63,791 bases of DNA, filler included, from Octopus bimaculoides (GCF_001194135.2; 6 parts of 5 records of this genome joined end to end with filler, not necessarily neighbours in it); one strand, 5' to 3'. Counted from the whole stretch's first letter, positions 24,830 to 38,427 are shown. Made by a program: numbers and translations. Notes: generated from the sequence alone by a model not told the origin.

Positions 24830-27800
24830 GGCCCGTGGAAATCTTCAGAGGAGATAGTTCTGTTGCAAAACTTCTCGCAGGTGTTACTGGGACCTTATGG
24901 CGTACCGACACCCAAAATTAAAACTAAATATTATGGGCAATTCTTCTCCCTCTTCTTTAACGTCGTGGAACTTGAGAAAACCTAAACCAAAGTCTAAACC
25001 CCTTACATCATCTCCTACTAACACGTCAACCATTCATCCTATTTCCACTCTTCGAAACATTCAGGGTTCTTCCCCAACACTCAAATTCGGCATTATCAAT
25101 CTCGTCAATCTCAAATTTGCTATCGTCAGTCTCGATTACATTGTCATCTATCTCGATGTCGTTTTCGTCCGCTTAAATGTCATCACTGTAGGATGGAGCG
25201 ATTTTCTTTTTTATGAAGTAAACACTGACGTCAAGGATTAACTATCGCAAAAAGTTTTGTAAAGTATTACAAATTTTATATATTAAATAAAAAAAAAATA
25301 TCCAAAAAAATGTCGTATCTAATATTTCCGTTAAAATATATACATTTTATGTATTAGATATAAAACCACATGACGATGACAAAATTAATTTGACGCTGAC
25401 GAAATCAGGATAGACGGTAACGTAACCGTGAGTGACAACGAATTTGAGGCTGACGATGACAAATTTAAGGCTAACGTTCACGAGACCTTTGTTAATAATA
25501 TCGAATTTAAGTGGGGAGACCCAGTAAATCTCTCAATCCTTATCTATAGTCCATCTGTGTTAGACAGGCTATACTCAGCATTAAAATTTCACTTCGACAC
25601 TCTTATCTGGATATCAGCAACAAAACCTCCAGCTACTCAGGCTTAAAGTTCCCTGCCCACACTTCTCCAAATATATCGTTTCCTCTACTGCTCTCAGAAC
25701 TCCTCTAATAATCAACAACTTTCGGTCATATTACTTCCTGCATCGAGGATATATTCATTTTACACGTCTTTTAATCGTTAGTGACATCAGTGCATGCAAC
25801 TCATTTTGATTCTCACACTCAATGCATATTGATGCCGCTTGTGTAGAAACCATATATTTTGCAATCCTTAAAACTCTACATCGACCAGTTTCATCCCATA
25901 TTTGTATTCCTTACCAACACACAAATACTCCAAACATCTCTTTATCGCCCCAAACCTAACCTCTACTTCGCCATCAAAATCTGTACGCCTATCTCGGGTT
26001 GTTTGACCAATGCTTCATTGCGATCACCCACTAACCATCCACATATTACGCAACGCTCTACACCTCTTGAATCCTATAACATTTTAGATAAACTGGTGGG
26101 AGCATCGCCAGTTCTGTTAACTATCCCAGGCAGCACATGTGCTTCACTTCTAATTCATTGCAACGTGTTAAGCGTGTAACAGAAGCCATCCATTTAGTAA
26201 CGTCTTTCTGCGTTTCACATGTCCATAATCTCACAATTTCAAGTTCCCGTAGTTGTTCTATCATAGCTGGGATAAGAATACGACTCACAAGCTTGGAGAA
26301 AATTACTCATTTCTACAAACTGGATTCTAGCCAGCATCACAACTCCTGAAAGACCTTAATGCGAATCGAGAAGGGTGCATCGTACATCACACATCCTGTA
26401 ATTTCTCTTGCCTTCCAAAATTCAGTCGATTCTTTTTGTTCCTTGCCATAAAGATCTCTACCAACTTTGGAGAATCTTCCTTTCCTACACTTTTCGACAA
26501 CGACGGCTCACTCGGAAACATCTCCATTGAGAAAGCCTTATTCTATGTTGCTCACATTGCATTCAATTATACACTCCACAAATTAGATTAACCTCTTCAA
26601 AAAGCATCTCTTTCCATTCCATCAGGTCCACCAATATGAAAACATACACACCAAGCTACTTCCTCCAGTCGCTTCAAGCCAATAAGGCCACCGTTTCTGA
26701 CGATGTTCCTTTCATTACCTCAAAACAAAATACATCTTAGAGTTAGTTACGATCATTACTAAATTCTCCGATCTCTCTCCTCCTCCCCCCCCCCACACTC
26801 TTCCGTCTGCCTGTCTGCCTGTCTGCCTGTCTATCTGTCTGTCTGTCTTTCTTTCTTTCTCGCTCAACGTGAATATATCGTGATCTTTGAAACACGCTTC
26901 AGTGTGTCCCGAATATCAGGTCAACTATTACCCTATCGCACTCATTCTCAACATCTAAAAGGTGATAGAAACGTCCATTAACAACTTTCTCTGCACCCTG
27001 GATCTCTTCCTCCTTAGTGATCACCACCACCTCTTCATTTTTTCAAGAAATTCGGTGAAAGCTGTTTGTTTTGTTCGATATCAGCAAAACACTCGTCCAT
27101 ATCTAACAAAACTACCTACCTTTGGGTTCCATCTGATTCATGTTTCTTAGGTTGGCGGCTTTCTTTTAGCTCACACCAATGTGTTATATACAGGAGTTAT
27201 CTCTGGCTCAAACACTATCATGTCAAGTATATCCTGGGGTTTGGTTTTTATTATTTTAAATATTTCTCTGATATGTCAACAGCCTACTTGCCGTTACCTC
27301 CCAAAACCGCCCACTCCTTTACAGATAATGTCACGTTTTATTCCTCCTTAAAATCTACAAAAAAAGAATTTCATTCATATGCAATCTGGACACTTCACAA
27401 CAAATTTACACTGATTCCGTGAACAGAGATTTCAAAAACAGTATTCAATGGGTTCATGTCAATCTTGTTTCCTTCAGCAACACAAAGACACAATTACTAC
27501 GCGTATCAAGAGTTGCGATGTTATTACATCGCAACTGATTTTCTCTAAACATGAACAGAAAACGACTAGAACCCTCAAAATCGCCATATATGTTAGATCG
27601 CATCATTACTGAGTGTCTCTCCTGGCAAACACACAGCCAAAACATTATCTCTCCTGAGATACCCTCATTACTGAATATCTCTCATTACTGAGTATCTTAT
27701 CATTATTGAGTAGCTCCCCTGACAAAAACACAGCCAAAACAGCCTCACAGAAACTGACCTTCCTCTTCAGAGTCAGAAAATAATTCCTCCCTCTATAACT

Positions 27801-28205
27801 ATTAACCCTCTACCATGGAGTAGTTCTCCCACATGTCTAGGACAGTGTTACTGCTACATACATAGTCATTGTCGACTCTATCCAAAGAAAAGCCACTCAA
27901 CTGATTGACATGAAGCTGCTCAACGTGAGACTCCAGCCTCTAGTCTACAGACTTTCTGTTTCTTCTCTCTTTTTTATTCTTTGTCTTATTTAACGATTTT
28001 ACGGTAGTTTCTGCTACTCGGAGCTGGTTGGTCTTGCGCTGCCTCCATTTTGGTGCTCCTTACTCACTCACATCACTTCTCGTCGCCCATATTGTGTCCA
28101 ACTCCAGGTTCCTCCACAAAATCTCGGTTCTTTGGTTATCATTCTTTGTCTATCTTTTCTTTCCTGCAACTACCGACTTGTGAATGTTCAAGAGGAACAT
28201 TAAGT
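24830..28205 (+). mobile_element. Degraded APE-RT LINE (CR1/Jockey group), most of ORF2
   Basis: Decayed motifs in collinear order: IV(G)D(FN)A (APE), FGES..(L)DISK and KLPTFGF (RT), HSFTDN (YADD equivalent), KTASQKL, DSIQRKA, LQPL..R. Interrupted by a MITE at 25062 and a microsatellite at ~26780. Confidence 0.75.
25062..25524. mobile_element. ~460-bp MITE/foldback element with long imperfect TIRs, nested in the LINE
   Basis: Left CAGGGTTCTTCCCCAACACTCAAATTCGGCATTAT versus reverse complement of right CTGGGTCTCCCCACTTAAATTCGATATTAT. Similarity continues for about 100 bp (CTCAAATTTGCTATCGTCAGTCTC vs CTTAAATTTGTCATCGTCAGCCTC). Confidence 0.7.
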
Positions 28206-28489
28206 CTCGGAGGTCTTGCAAAGACATAACCTTTTCTTTCAGGTCAAAAACGATAAAAACAAATGTGCCGAGTACATAACATACTAATCTATTCGTTCAC
28301 GTGCATTCTAATCCCTACTTTACACGACGACGATGGCAACGACGATGGTATAGGATGGCAGAAAACTAGCTTAAGCATTCAATTATGGGATAGTTTATAT
28401 ATAAATCTAGTAAAAGTGACGACTACTCCTACAATCACCCGTATTCACCATGATAATAATGAAGCTGACAACGTCGATGACAACAACAA

Positions 28490-28814
28490 CCAAATCTCTC
28501 CCAAATTACACCCTCTTGTCATAATTAGAGAAAAGATACATTAAATAATGTAGTCCTATTTACCTCATAACAATACGGGATGGTCACAGATGGCATGCCT
28601 GTTATCATAAGTCTGATCAATGATAGCTGACCTGGGGACAAACGACACTAGATCTGCTTGGGGAAAACAACCAAATTTCCTTGTTACTACTTCCTTCTGT
28701 ATTAAAATGGGAGGATATTGAATAATTACTTAGTCCCACATTTTCTAACCTGAAAGCCTAAGGGATAGTCATGGTTGGAATATGTTTGATAAGGGCTAAC
28801 CTGGGGATGGGGCT

Positions 28815-28817
<3 letters not shown>
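28490..28817 (+). mobile_element. SINE-D-like repeat, two degenerate tandem copies (others at ~33120-33290, ~37150-37290 minus, ~62250-62420)
   Basis: Recurring GGATGGTCA..GCTGGAATGCCTTT.ATCATAG.TCTG...CTGACCTGGGG motif with (AAC)n-type ends. Confidence 0.55.
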
Positions 28818-28850
<33 letters not shown>

Positions 28851-29514
28851 CAACAACAATAACAACAACAAGAACAACAACAACAACATGAGTTCTCAAA
28901 TTGGCACCAGGCCACTGACATCTTGTCGAAGGATGGAGACAATTCAATGCCCAGCAGTAGAATTTTGATACTTTATCGATCACACTAGATCGATATGACT
29001 GTGATGAAAAAGAAGATACTGAAAATGAACTCTGTGCCCACGACATTATGGCATATCATTTTCAAGCAGAATTAAGATATTTTCATATTTTCCATTTACT
29101 ATTGTAATCTGGCATCAGAATGAAATCCTTGGGTTTCTTTATAGAGATAACTATGATAGTTATGGCGTCTGGAGTTTTACTTGGCACCCATATTTCTGTT
29201 ATCAACTACATCACTGAATAATAAATTGAGTCGAATGCAAGAAAATTCAAATCAAGAATTTAGCAATTTTATATTCATTTCTGTTTCCTTGTCAAATCAA
29301 ATATTCCAATATTTCAATACTACATATCAAACAATTCTCTTTCTTTCTCTTACCTGTTCTGCCCGATAAATGAGGCTGTGAATAGAATCTTGCTCAGGAC
29401 ACATCACCAATAACCAGAAACAACTGACAAATATCGTGTAATATATAACGGTTTCTTTTACCAGTGCAGAGAGGTTGAATCACAAAAAGTGTGATGATGG
29501 TGATGGTAGAGGAG

Positions 29515-29790
29515 AGTAACTGTTGTCTCAGTAGCTGTAGGGGCACTCAGAGCACTAACAACCCTTTCGAGAAATATGTCGGAAAAACTGGAATTGGCGC
29601 GAGGGCAGAGCAGGCAAAACAAAACAAAAAACAAAACAAAAAACACTGCTCTATTGGGGACAGCTAGGATTCTGAGATTGGTGCTTAGGTGTTGTCTTCC
29701 ACGATGATTTAACATCCAGGTACCAAGGCTTATAATTTGCGGAAAGACACCCAGTGAGGTTGCTGTCCGCTCTCATAGAATCAACAATAA
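29515..29790 (+). mobile_element. 3' end of an RLE-type (R4/Dong-like) non-LTR retrotransposon
   Basis: VTVVSVAVGALRA...NTALLGTARILRLVL* is the typical C-terminus of R4-clade ORFs; (AAT/AAC)n tail. Confidence 0.7.
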
Positions 29791-30039
29791 TAACAACAGA
29801 ACTACAAATGCCACCACAACAGGGCGATGGATGAAGAGCTATTACAAAGACAAATTAATAAAATCATGGAAAATGTTGCAGAACCGATAATCAAATAGAA
29901 AAAAAAACGTGTATAGAAAATAACAGTGTAAAAACGCAATGAAAGGAGACGTCCGAGAAATAGTTAATAAAGACGAATGAAAGAACTTCACAAATCCAAT
30001 ATGGCAATGGTTATATGCTCAATGGTTATATATGCTCTC

Positions 30040-30440
30040 TCCTTGCTTGATCTCCTGTATACAGGTGCATATTGAAAATATGCCCATTTACAAGTTTCTT
30101 TCAGTAAATTCAATGGAGGGCAGCATATTCCTTTTCACTCTCTCTTCTGTAAATGGATTTCGAAGATGTAATGAAAGCTGGGCTGAAGAGAACTCTAATT
30201 TTATTCCTTTCTATCTTGTTCACTACACAATCTCATTCGCTATAGCCTCCAGGCAAAAGAAAACTGCTTGCCCTTTCCAGTCGCTGGAAGGTAATAAGGC
30301 GATCTTCGCGATGGATTCAGGTGACAATTATATCCGACCTACGCAATAGCCATGCAACAAAGCTGTACCAGACAGTAATACATGAACTCTGAACGAGTGC
30401 CTGCAGAACGGTTTCGTTGCTATGCACACATTTCAGACAA
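30040..30440 (-). mobile_element. Degenerate L1/Tx1 ORF2 C-terminal fragment
   Basis: Minus strand gives CLKCVHSNETVLQALVQ; shares the CCAGGCAAAAGAAAACTGC-like segment with 16425-16450. Confidence 0.6.
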
Positions 30441-30642
30441 AACAAACTAATGGTATAAGCGAGCCTCTAGAGTTTATTCCAGATAAATGAAAGATTAACT
30501 TGACTCTTGATATTAAAAAAAAAAAGGATTTATTCTTCTAGGAGAACGGACTCAATATTAGGAAATTTACTATCAATTCCCTTTTCATGAATTTCGTGCT
30601 GTTTCTGGGTGTGGAACCTCAGAAAACCGAGCCTTTAGACCA

Positions 30643-30679
<37 letters not shown>

Positions 30680-31282
30680 GAACGAAAGTAATGGTGGTTT
30701 ATTTACATTTTTTTATCGTTCTTTCTTCTATTGGAAGCTTAAAGATTTCGCATAACAATTGCTCTCTAACGGCAATTTTTCGAGCAAAGCATGGGTTAGG
30801 CTTAGTTCAAAATATAAAAACTCGAGAGTGGTTCATAACTTTTGTACTTCGAAGCATTAACATTCCTTTCAGTAAATCAAGGAGTGCTATGTTAGATGTA
30901 TAAGTTTCCAATTATTACTGTTCTTAATTTTAAATATGCCTGTGACATCCACTTATAACATGTTTTCCTCTCAAACCTTTATTGAATGAGCTTCTAACGC
31001 AATTACCCTGGGTTTAATTTAAGAAAGATGTGACGTAGATTTCATCTCAAATGGCTCCGTAGTCTTTAATTAACTAACAATGGGTATTAATAGGGATTAC
31101 AATGGATTCAAATTCAGACGGACAGCTGAGATTTCCGAGGCGTAATTCAACTTTAAATAATTTCTCCCAGCGAATAGTGTATGGATTAAAACAGATAGCA
31201 TTCACTTTGGTATTAAATGTATAAAGATATTAGCATTAAAGTAAGATATAAAAACACCCAGCTACTATAAACGTTGTAGATT

Positions 31283-31496
31283 ACTCTTTTACTTGTTTCA
31301 GTCATTTGACTGCGACCATGCTGGAGCACCGCCTTTAGTCGAGCAAATCGACCCCAGGACTTATTCTTTGTAAGCCTAGTACTTATTCTATCGGTCTCTT
31401 TTCCCGAACCGCTAAGTTACGGGGACGTAAACACACCAGCATCGGTTGTCAAGCGATGTTGGGGGGACAAATACAGACACACAAACATATACACGC

Positions 31497-31529
<33 letters not shown>

Positions 31530-31703
31530 AACATATATACGACAGGCTTCTTTCAGTTTCCATCTACCAAATCCACTTACAAGGCTTTGGTCGGCTCGAG
31601 GCTATAGTAAGAAGACACTTGCCCAAGGAGCCACGCAGTGGGACTGAACCCGGAACCATGTGGTTGGTAAGCAAGCTACTTACCACATAGCCACTCCTGC
31701 GCC
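31283..31703 (-). mobile_element. SINE-C (tRNA head, CORE-like box, internal microsatellite), full length
   Basis: A box TGGCTATGTGGTAAG, B-box-like GGGTTCAGTCCC, CACCTTGGGCAAGTGTCTT-type box, (TA)n/(TG)n middle, (AAAAGAGT)n tail. Confidence 0.92.
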
Positions 31704-33780
31704 TATTGTATATGTTGCACACATATACCATAGATATGTTTATGTTGGGGCATGCTTTGGTTAACATGCAGTTTAAGGGTTTAAAAAGATAGAAAGTAAA
31801 TTGACCAAAAGTGATGATGGTGATATCCGGTAATTTCATGTAAACAAATCTGTGCAAATTAACCGATGTATGGAACATACATACATTTTATATAACATGA
31901 AAACTGTACATATATTTTACATAAGATGAAAACAATCATATTTATGTTGTGAATAGTACCTTAGAACGATGTACCTCATCTATTTCTGAAATGCTCAAGA
32001 TATCACTAGAAGGTACTATACAAGTAGCTGCTTGTAAACGCTATATAATGAAGGAATTATGTTAATAAAGATAAAGGATTTCACTACTCTTTATAATTTC
32101 ATTACTTGTTTCGCCACCTTCAATCAATCTACCTTCATTATCTTTTGAAGCCCTAAACTGCATGTTAACCCATATTTTTTTTTGTGCTTGCGTGTGATTA
32201 GATAATATTTAAGGTAGGTATTAGTACAATATGGAATTCTGTTTGTTAGCTAATCGAGACTTGAATATAAACGATCGTAAAAACGCTATAATACTTCGAT
32301 AGGACAGGGCAAGGTAACTGTAAATTTTTCTTCCATCAATTACTAAGCATGTTGAAGAACAATTACAGATAATGAAAAGTAACTTGTCTGTAAGTAAAAT
32401 TATCATGGGGGCTTTTTAAAACGGAAACTTTTGAGCTAATGAACGTGCTTTTATATTAGAAATAGTAGGTAAATCTCTCCCAAATCATACCCTATTGTTG
32501 TCTTAAAAATGGAAGGCTCATTGAGCAATGTAGTTCTTGTAAGAAAAGGCAGGATAATCAGGACGGTCTGCTCCATTAAGGTTACCTCAAACTCAAGAAC
32601 TACAGCAACAATAGTTTTCATAAAGACGTATGAAGTAGCAGACGTCTTTTAATTTACCTTGCTGACATTGCAACAACAGGCTATGGCAAAGGAACTCTTG
32701 GGTGCCGACATCAAGACCCTAAACCATTATTCTGTAGTTGTTTACCATCCTCTCAACAATCTGCAGTAATATCCTCAATGTAGCTTATATCCTGTTCCAA
32801 TTTCTTCTACTACTACCTACTAACCTTATACAACAGAGCAAACCATCTAACACCTAACACGGTCTGATGATTACGAAAAATCACGCTGAGTCGAGGCATA
32901 ATTACTTTTCAATGTAGACGAGACTGTTGTTTTATACAGTTGGCTGCTAAGTTTCGTTTGACTGCTTCAAATACGTACAGCAAACGTTCTCAAACGATAT
33001 TAATATTTAACTATTTCAGTTTAATTACTTTTAGATTCCTGTTGTTTATCGTTGCCTCTCGATTGGGATGTACACCATTCACATCAACACAAAATAGTAT
33101 CCCGCCAAGCTAACGAGTAAGACTATATATGATCACTGAATCTGCTAGAAATAGCAACCATATCTTCCTAAAATTACACCATACTGCCTTAAAAACGTAA
33201 GGAGACATTGAACAATGTCGCCATAAGCTGGGATGCCTTTCATCATAGATCTGAGTGATTAGAACTGATCTGGAGCTAACTAGCTTCAACAGCACATTTC
33301 TCTTCGGGGTAAAATGCCATCCCCACCACAAGACAATAAACTAACATAGAATTTGACTGAAACTGCGTTTTCTAATAAACAATAATTAATATTCATTCAT
33401 CAGCATTTGTTTAATTTTCATTCATTTCGACTGGCAGGTCTATTTTCATTGTCTTATATTGAAGTGGAATGATATTAGGATTTGATGATCAGCTACGTTA
33501 TCATGTGTGTTGAAACCAAACCTATCGAGTTGAAGTGTGATATAACAACTGTTGATATTAAAGAGATCAGAACCAAGAGTGGATCTTTAAGGGTACTAGG
33601 CGTATTATGAATAACAGCTTTGATCGGGATTAGTGGATTATGACAGTTTGCATACGACTTTCTATATATGACATGACCTTCTGAAATGCCTCCCCCCACC
33701 CCACGAATCCAGTGATATTCAAACTGCAAAGGTATTCAAAGAGAATTGCATGATTGCTGTCTCAAATGCAGCAGCTAGAT

Positions 33781-34036
33781 CAATGCTTCTCAACCGGGGT
33801 CCATATGGCCCTTGGGAGTTCATATAAGATTTTGTTAAAATTTATCTGCAATAAATTGGTTATACTTCTACAAAACAGAAAATATTTTAATAATTATTTT
33901 CATACAATTTCTAATGATATCTAATTATAGAAATATAATACGAATTTTTAAACATAGAATAGTTATGAGGGTCCATCTAAGTAAAATAGGTATCAAAAGG
34001 GAGCCCAAAGGTAAAAAAAATGGTTGGGAATCACCG
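33781..34036. mobile_element. hAT (Charlie-like) MITE
   Basis: TIR CAATGCTTCTCAACC / GGTTGGGAATCACCG; perfect 8-bp TSD AGCTAGAT (33773-33780 and 34037-34044). Confidence 0.9.
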
Positions 34037-34367
34037 AGCTAGATCAAACCGTAGAAAATAGGAATATAGATCGACAAATGGAAAATTATATCTGTCGGTC
34101 TTGCCAGTCTTGGAACACCTGCTAAAACCATGGTCATAGCCCTTGCATCTAGACACCACAAATAAACACTTCTTTAGATAATTTTGCTATACATGCTGAA
34201 CATCAAAGTCGTAATTATGTAATTTCTTGTACCCTGATTGTTTGGAAGAAGGTGGGTCATTTTATTTTTATCATGAATTAATGATTAAGTCGACAATGTA
34301 CCACATTTTCTACGAGACTTATTTTTATGTTTGGTTTTTAAGAACTTCATAACGAATCTGTTATTTT

Positions 34368-34442
<75 letters not shown>

Positions 34443-34540
34443 GGTAAACTGAAGCTTTCAAACCTTCCATCAATATAATAATTCTTGATAATGATCTGAG
34501 AAAAAAGATTTGAAGACCCAACCACATGGCTCCGGGGGTG

Positions 34541-34624
34541 CTACTATAGTATGATATCTACCATCCATTTTCTACTATAGTATGATATCTACTATTAATT
34601 TTCTACTATAGTATGATATCTACC
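34541..34624. repeat. 31-bp minisatellite, about 2.7 units
   Basis: CTACTATAGTATGATATCTAC recurs at 34541, 34572 and 34603. Confidence 0.9.
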
Positions 34625-34964
34625 AACTGTTGGTAGTATTAAATATGTTAAAAATCATTAAACATTTATACTAGAAAAGGAAAGGAGCATAATAAACAGT
34701 TTGCAGTGTAAAATTTATTAAAAATCATTAACACCTTATTATACGAAATAAAAAAAAATCCATCAAATATTGATTTTTATGTTTGTAAACTGGTCTGATA
34801 TCATTAAAAAAAGCAGTGAACATGTCATCGTTTTTCCTGAGTATTTTCCAACAATAATGATCCAAATGTGATTGAAAATGTTGAGTAGGTACGCCTTTTT
34901 TTTTCTTGAGTAAGTAGGTTGTTTGTTAGATTGCATTGTCATTTACGATCGGTCGCAAATAGCA

Positions 34965-35108
34965 AGGTTGATATTATACGATAGTTGCACCGGGTTTAGT
35001 TCCACTGCGTGGCACCTTGGGCAAGTGTCTTCTACTGTTTATTGCCTCGGGCCGATCAAAGCCTTGTGGGTGGATTTTGGTAGATGGAAACCGAAAGAAG
35101 CCCATCGT
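34965..35108 (+). mobile_element. SINE-C 5' half (runs into a microsatellite and gap)
   Basis: CCACTGCGTGGCACCTTGGGCAAGTGTCTTCTACT...CAAAGCCTTGTG. Confidence 0.85.
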
Positions 35109-35174
<66 letters not shown>

Positions 35175-35865
35175 NNNNNNNNNNNNNNNNNNNNNNNNNN
35201 NNNNNNNNNNNNNNNNNNNNNNNNNNNNNNNNNNNNNNNNNNNNNNNNNNNNNNNNNNNNNNNNNNNNNNNNNNNNNNNNNNNNNNNNNNNNNNNNNNNN
35301 NNNNNNNNNNNNNNNNNNNGTTCACCTTGTAGTAGGTATGTATCTAAATTTTGTACGACTCTTACTTTATCTTTCGATCTTTGGTATCACAAAATTTACC
35401 ATAATACCGTTTTCTCTAAGTAAGAATATAATCTACTGGTATTATTGATATTTTCATTTTATTAAACCCAACGAATAAAAAAGCAAACTCAGCCGTCTAT
35501 AACTCAAACTGTGATACTGAAGTAGTCTTTTGAACGTTTCTGAAAATTCACCTTGGTTGTGTAAGGGATAATAAATTGTTTTAATGTTGTTGGTTCATGG
35601 AGCCCAGAGCGACGGAAGACATTTTACCATGATATTTCTCAACTATGATTTCAGCTTTCATGAATTTTATAGAATACCGTGATATGTCTTTTAAGTTAGA
35701 ACTGTGATAATGGCATATGTTATGACTGTGGTGGTGGTGGTGAAAGGAGCAGTGATAGTCATGCCAGTTATATTCACGATGATGGTACTGTTTTTGCTGT
35801 TGTTTAGTACATTGATAACTAAGTAGACCTATAATTAAAAGCGTTTCAGTTTTGATCATCTAGGC

Positions 35866-36101
35866 TAGGGGTTCTAAAGCAGGGTTCATATGACCCTTGG
35901 GTGGGGGTCTATGTAAGAATTTGTTGGTAAAATTTATTGGTACTCTTTTACAATACACAAAATATTTTAATAATTTTTGAAATACAATTCCTGATAATAC
36001 TTAGTTATAAAACTATAGCAGGATTTTTTTTAACACTGAATAGAAATTAAAGGGGTCTACAAGCAAAAAAAAAAAAAAAAAAAAATGGTTGTGAATCACT
36101 G
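35866..36101. mobile_element. Second hAT MITE of the same family as 33781-34036
   Basis: Same internal sequence; ends TAGGGGTTCT / GGTTGTGAATCACTG; degenerate TSD ATCTAGGC / ATCTGGCT. Confidence 0.75.
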
Positions 36102-36438
36102 ATCTGGCTTTATTTTTTAGGGTATAGCATATCTAAAACAGGTATAGTGTATCTAGATATATCATTCCAATGTGCCTTCCTTTTTTAAGACAGTAAGGTA
36201 TGGTCAAGAAGTAGCCGATTACCATTTCTAGCCGGTCGAACAATCGCATAGAGGTTCCATCATTGGGTTGTGTTGGTTGTTAAGGGATTTGTCGTGACGG
36301 TAAAAATCACAAAGGTGAAAATTGCTGTCTAGTTCAAGGTCGTACTATGATCAAAAATGTTCCTGCCGTAACTAGTCACTCTATTTTCATTTCCAGGAAA
36401 ATATTGTCCAATATATCCTTAGTTACTGTTGTTGTTGT

Positions 36439-36827
36439 GGAGGTGCAATGGCCCAGTGGTTAGGGCAGCAGACTTGTGGTCATAGGATCACGGCTTCGAT
36501 TCCCAGACCGGGCATTGTGAGTGTTTATTGAGCGAAAACACCTAAAGCTCCACGAGGCTCCGGCAGGGGATGGTGGCGAACCCTGCTGTACTCTTTCACC
36601 ACAACTTTCTCTCACTCTTTCTTCCTGTTTCTGTTGTGCCTGTAATTCAAAAGGTTAGCCTTGTCACACTGTGTCACGCTGAATATCCCCGAGAACTACG
36701 TTAAGGGTACACGTGTCTGTTGAGTGCTCAGCCATTTGCACGTTAATTTCACGAGCAGGCTATTCCGTTGATCGGATCAACTGGAACCCTCGACGTCGTA
36801 AGCGACGGAGTGCCAACAACAACAACA
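36439..36827 (+). mobile_element. SINE-A, full length
   Basis: Same sequence as the reverse complement of 12977-13361; CGTCG-TAAG-CGACG hairpin before (AAC)n. Confidence 0.92.
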
Positions 36828-37611
36828 TGTTGTTGCTGCTGCTGTAGCTATGATATATATAATCCAACATGTTCTTTTTTTCCAAAGACAGTAGCGTGAG
36901 ACTTGAAGGAAAATGCGGCTTCCTATTGCAACACACCAAGTGACCACAAATATGTTTTCATTAGCTCGTATCCTTCATTTTTGTGAAAGCAGACGATAGA
37001 TTCTAATTTCAGGTATATGTGGATGTAATTTTTAGCATAACGGACGCACATTCAGATGTTCGCTCTTTCATCTGACAGTGATGTTGGTAGTTGTTTACAC
37101 AAACACTACACCCACTAAGCCAATCCTGATGGTGCAAATATATGACTTCAGGCCTTCAACCGTGACGGTTCCATCTTTTTAGGAGTACATACGAATACAT
37201 TAGCTAATGTGTCCTTTCTTGTTAACGATGTTAGGAGCTGATTCGAGGGGTATTTGTTTGCTATTTCTAGTTAACCGAACGACAATGTACAGGCTTCTAT
37301 GTTGGCTCGGGAGAAAATATGTAGTTAATGATAATGGAGCCGACGATGGTGATGGTGATCATGGTAACGGAAGACTTGGTTGTGGTTAATGATGGTTATC
37401 TTGCGGATGGAGTATTTGTGGATGTGTTTATGAAGGTAATGGTGATGGTAATGCAGACTGATCACAACAGTCTTTGATGTTATACGTACATACGTACGCC
37501 CTCCTGCCTGCTTGTCTGTATGCATGTGCGTATGTAAATACATACATATACATGTATATGCTGGCATGTATCTCTGTGTGTGTGTGTGTGTGTGTATCTA
37601 TATGCACAACA

Positions 37612-37668
<57 letters not shown>

Positions 37669-38427
37669 ACACAGAGTCAATTCAAATAAACGAATAATAA
37701 AATTAACAATAACAGATGAGAGGAGGTGTACAAGGAATGTATTGGTTTCACGCTCAGTAACATGTGTGTGTGTGCATGTGTGTGTGTGTTGTGTGTGTGT
37801 GTGTGTGTGTGTGTGCAATGTATGTACGTATATATATTATATATTCTGTTAGTAGTTTTAGTCGATGGACTGCGGTCATGCCTGAACTCGGCTTTATTCT
37901 TATTTTTGTTTATCACCACCGATTTTTTTGTTCAGTTTTGTTGAAGTTTTATGACTAGAAGTTGGTCTATAGTTGAGTTAATATCAGTTGATCTTCCTTG
38001 AGTGTAACCTTTTATAGTTGGTTGGTTGGTTTAACAGCTACGTAAGTTTCGTATGTGGCACTTATTCAAACTAAGTTATAAATAACAAATGTTCATTTTA
38101 TTTGGTAGAAAATATGATTGTTCCAGGGACTTCAACCAAAATACCATTGGAGTTTCACCCGATAAAACAATATTTTCAAAATCTACCCCTTGATCCCGTA
38201 TTGAGTAAAGAGAAATAATCAAGATGGTAAATTTTGGTAAGTGCACCTGCACGCGTTTCACCAAGAACCTCGCCCCACAAAACTCGGATTTTTTGCGACT
38301 TATCAAAACGTACCATTAAGATAAAAGAAAAACAATTCTTATAGCCACGTGTATATATAATGCCTAAACATTAATAAACGAAATACAATATAGAAACGAC
38401 AGAACATGCAAACCATATATGCATTCA

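Noticed and set aside
36439-36520. tRNA genes
   Set aside because: All tRNA-like segments are SINE heads lacking a full cloverleaf and terminator.
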